A program made the position numbers and the translations under genes. Below, one piece after another: positions 63,242 through 64,000 of a stretch of DNA of 64,000 nt (position 1 is its first letter; the number at the start of each line of letters is the position of its first letter). Under the pieces are notes generated by a model. It searched no databases and had not been told where the DNA came from. It was given only the letters and a program-made list of their open reading frames with translations. This DNA is from Phoronis australis (taxonomy: Eukaryota > Animalia > Phoronida): assembly GCA_002633005.1 (NCBI GenBank), contig NMRA01000409.1, positions 62,001-126,000 of the forward strand, read 5' to 3'.

Positions 63242-64000
63242 TTAAGGAAGTGTGGAAACCATCAGCCGCGGCGACTGTTGCTCAGTCCTCGTGGCACCTC
63301 CTCCGAGAATGTGACGTCATAGACGTCACCGACTGTGAAATGCAAGTGTAACCACTGAGTTCTAAACTATACTAGTGCAGGAGATTCGGTTACTGATTAG
63401 TTTTTGATGATATTAAGCATTGGCATTGGTAATTTCCCGATGGATGCTTCATGAGCGGATGATGTATTACATCCATGACATCTCGGAGATTTCCAGGAAA
63501 AACTAGTAAATTTCCAAGTCACGTGGAATGAAAGTTCGCGCCACAATAGCGCAACTGAACTTTTAAGGTTGTGTGTGACCTTAGAAAATGTTCAATTTTG
63601 GCTAATTTCGGAATATATCTCAGAAATGGCTTATCGGATTAATACGAAATTTTCAGATACCATGCCTCTCCAAAACACTACTAGAAATTGTTTTTCTTTC
63701 AAATGTTCGGTAATGCATGAGGGTTATCACAAACAGAACTCATTTTGGTTTTCATGAAAAAACTTTAAGTTGCAGAAAACGAAGTAATATAGTTTGAAAA
63801 TCTGTAACAGGATTGTCGAGATCTCATCGTCAACACTTTTAATCAAATAAAATTTGGTCACGTCGTCAATACTGTTATTTTGCTGACAATGTACGTTTTT
63901 TGCTAAATTGCACTAAGCAGGCATGATCAGGTGGCCAATTAACAACGGATTGGTAAAAAGTCGAAAGAATAAAATTCTACGGACTTTCTACTTTCAGAAA

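Noticed and set aside
1-64000. Prokaryotic systems (CRISPR, operons), rRNA and true tRNA genes
   Set aside because: Sequence is eukaryotic-like and gene-poor; no repeat-spacer arrays or cloverleaf structures seen.

Overview
Repeat-rich, AT-rich eukaryotic DNA that looks like marine-invertebrate intronic or intergenic sequence (many TACATGTA octamers). It has two assembly gaps (13793-14630, 56308-57186) and single-N contig joins. No complete host gene can be named; only a few minus-strand candidate exons are visible. The best-supported content is transposon-derived. (1) Two internally deleted Kolobok-type DNA transposons (TTAA target, AGG...CCT ends), each with a THAP zinc-finger ORF facing a convergent KolX / P2X7-ballast-like ORF. 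(2) A three-copy TTAA-flanked MITE family. (3) A Harbinger-type palindromic MITE family with 3-bp TSDs. (4) A CA-ended MITE family with 5-bp TSDs, whose long form carries a tRNA-like A/B-box segment. (5) Decayed L1/Tx1, CR1/L2, Gypsy and Penelope retroelement fragments, the last ending in a minimal hammerhead-ribozyme-like motif. A ~1 kb tandem duplication around an N is probably an uncollapsed-haplotype artifact. All family calls come from motif recognition by eye, not database searches. I found no clearly unprecedented system; the Kolobok THAP/KolX pair is the most notable.
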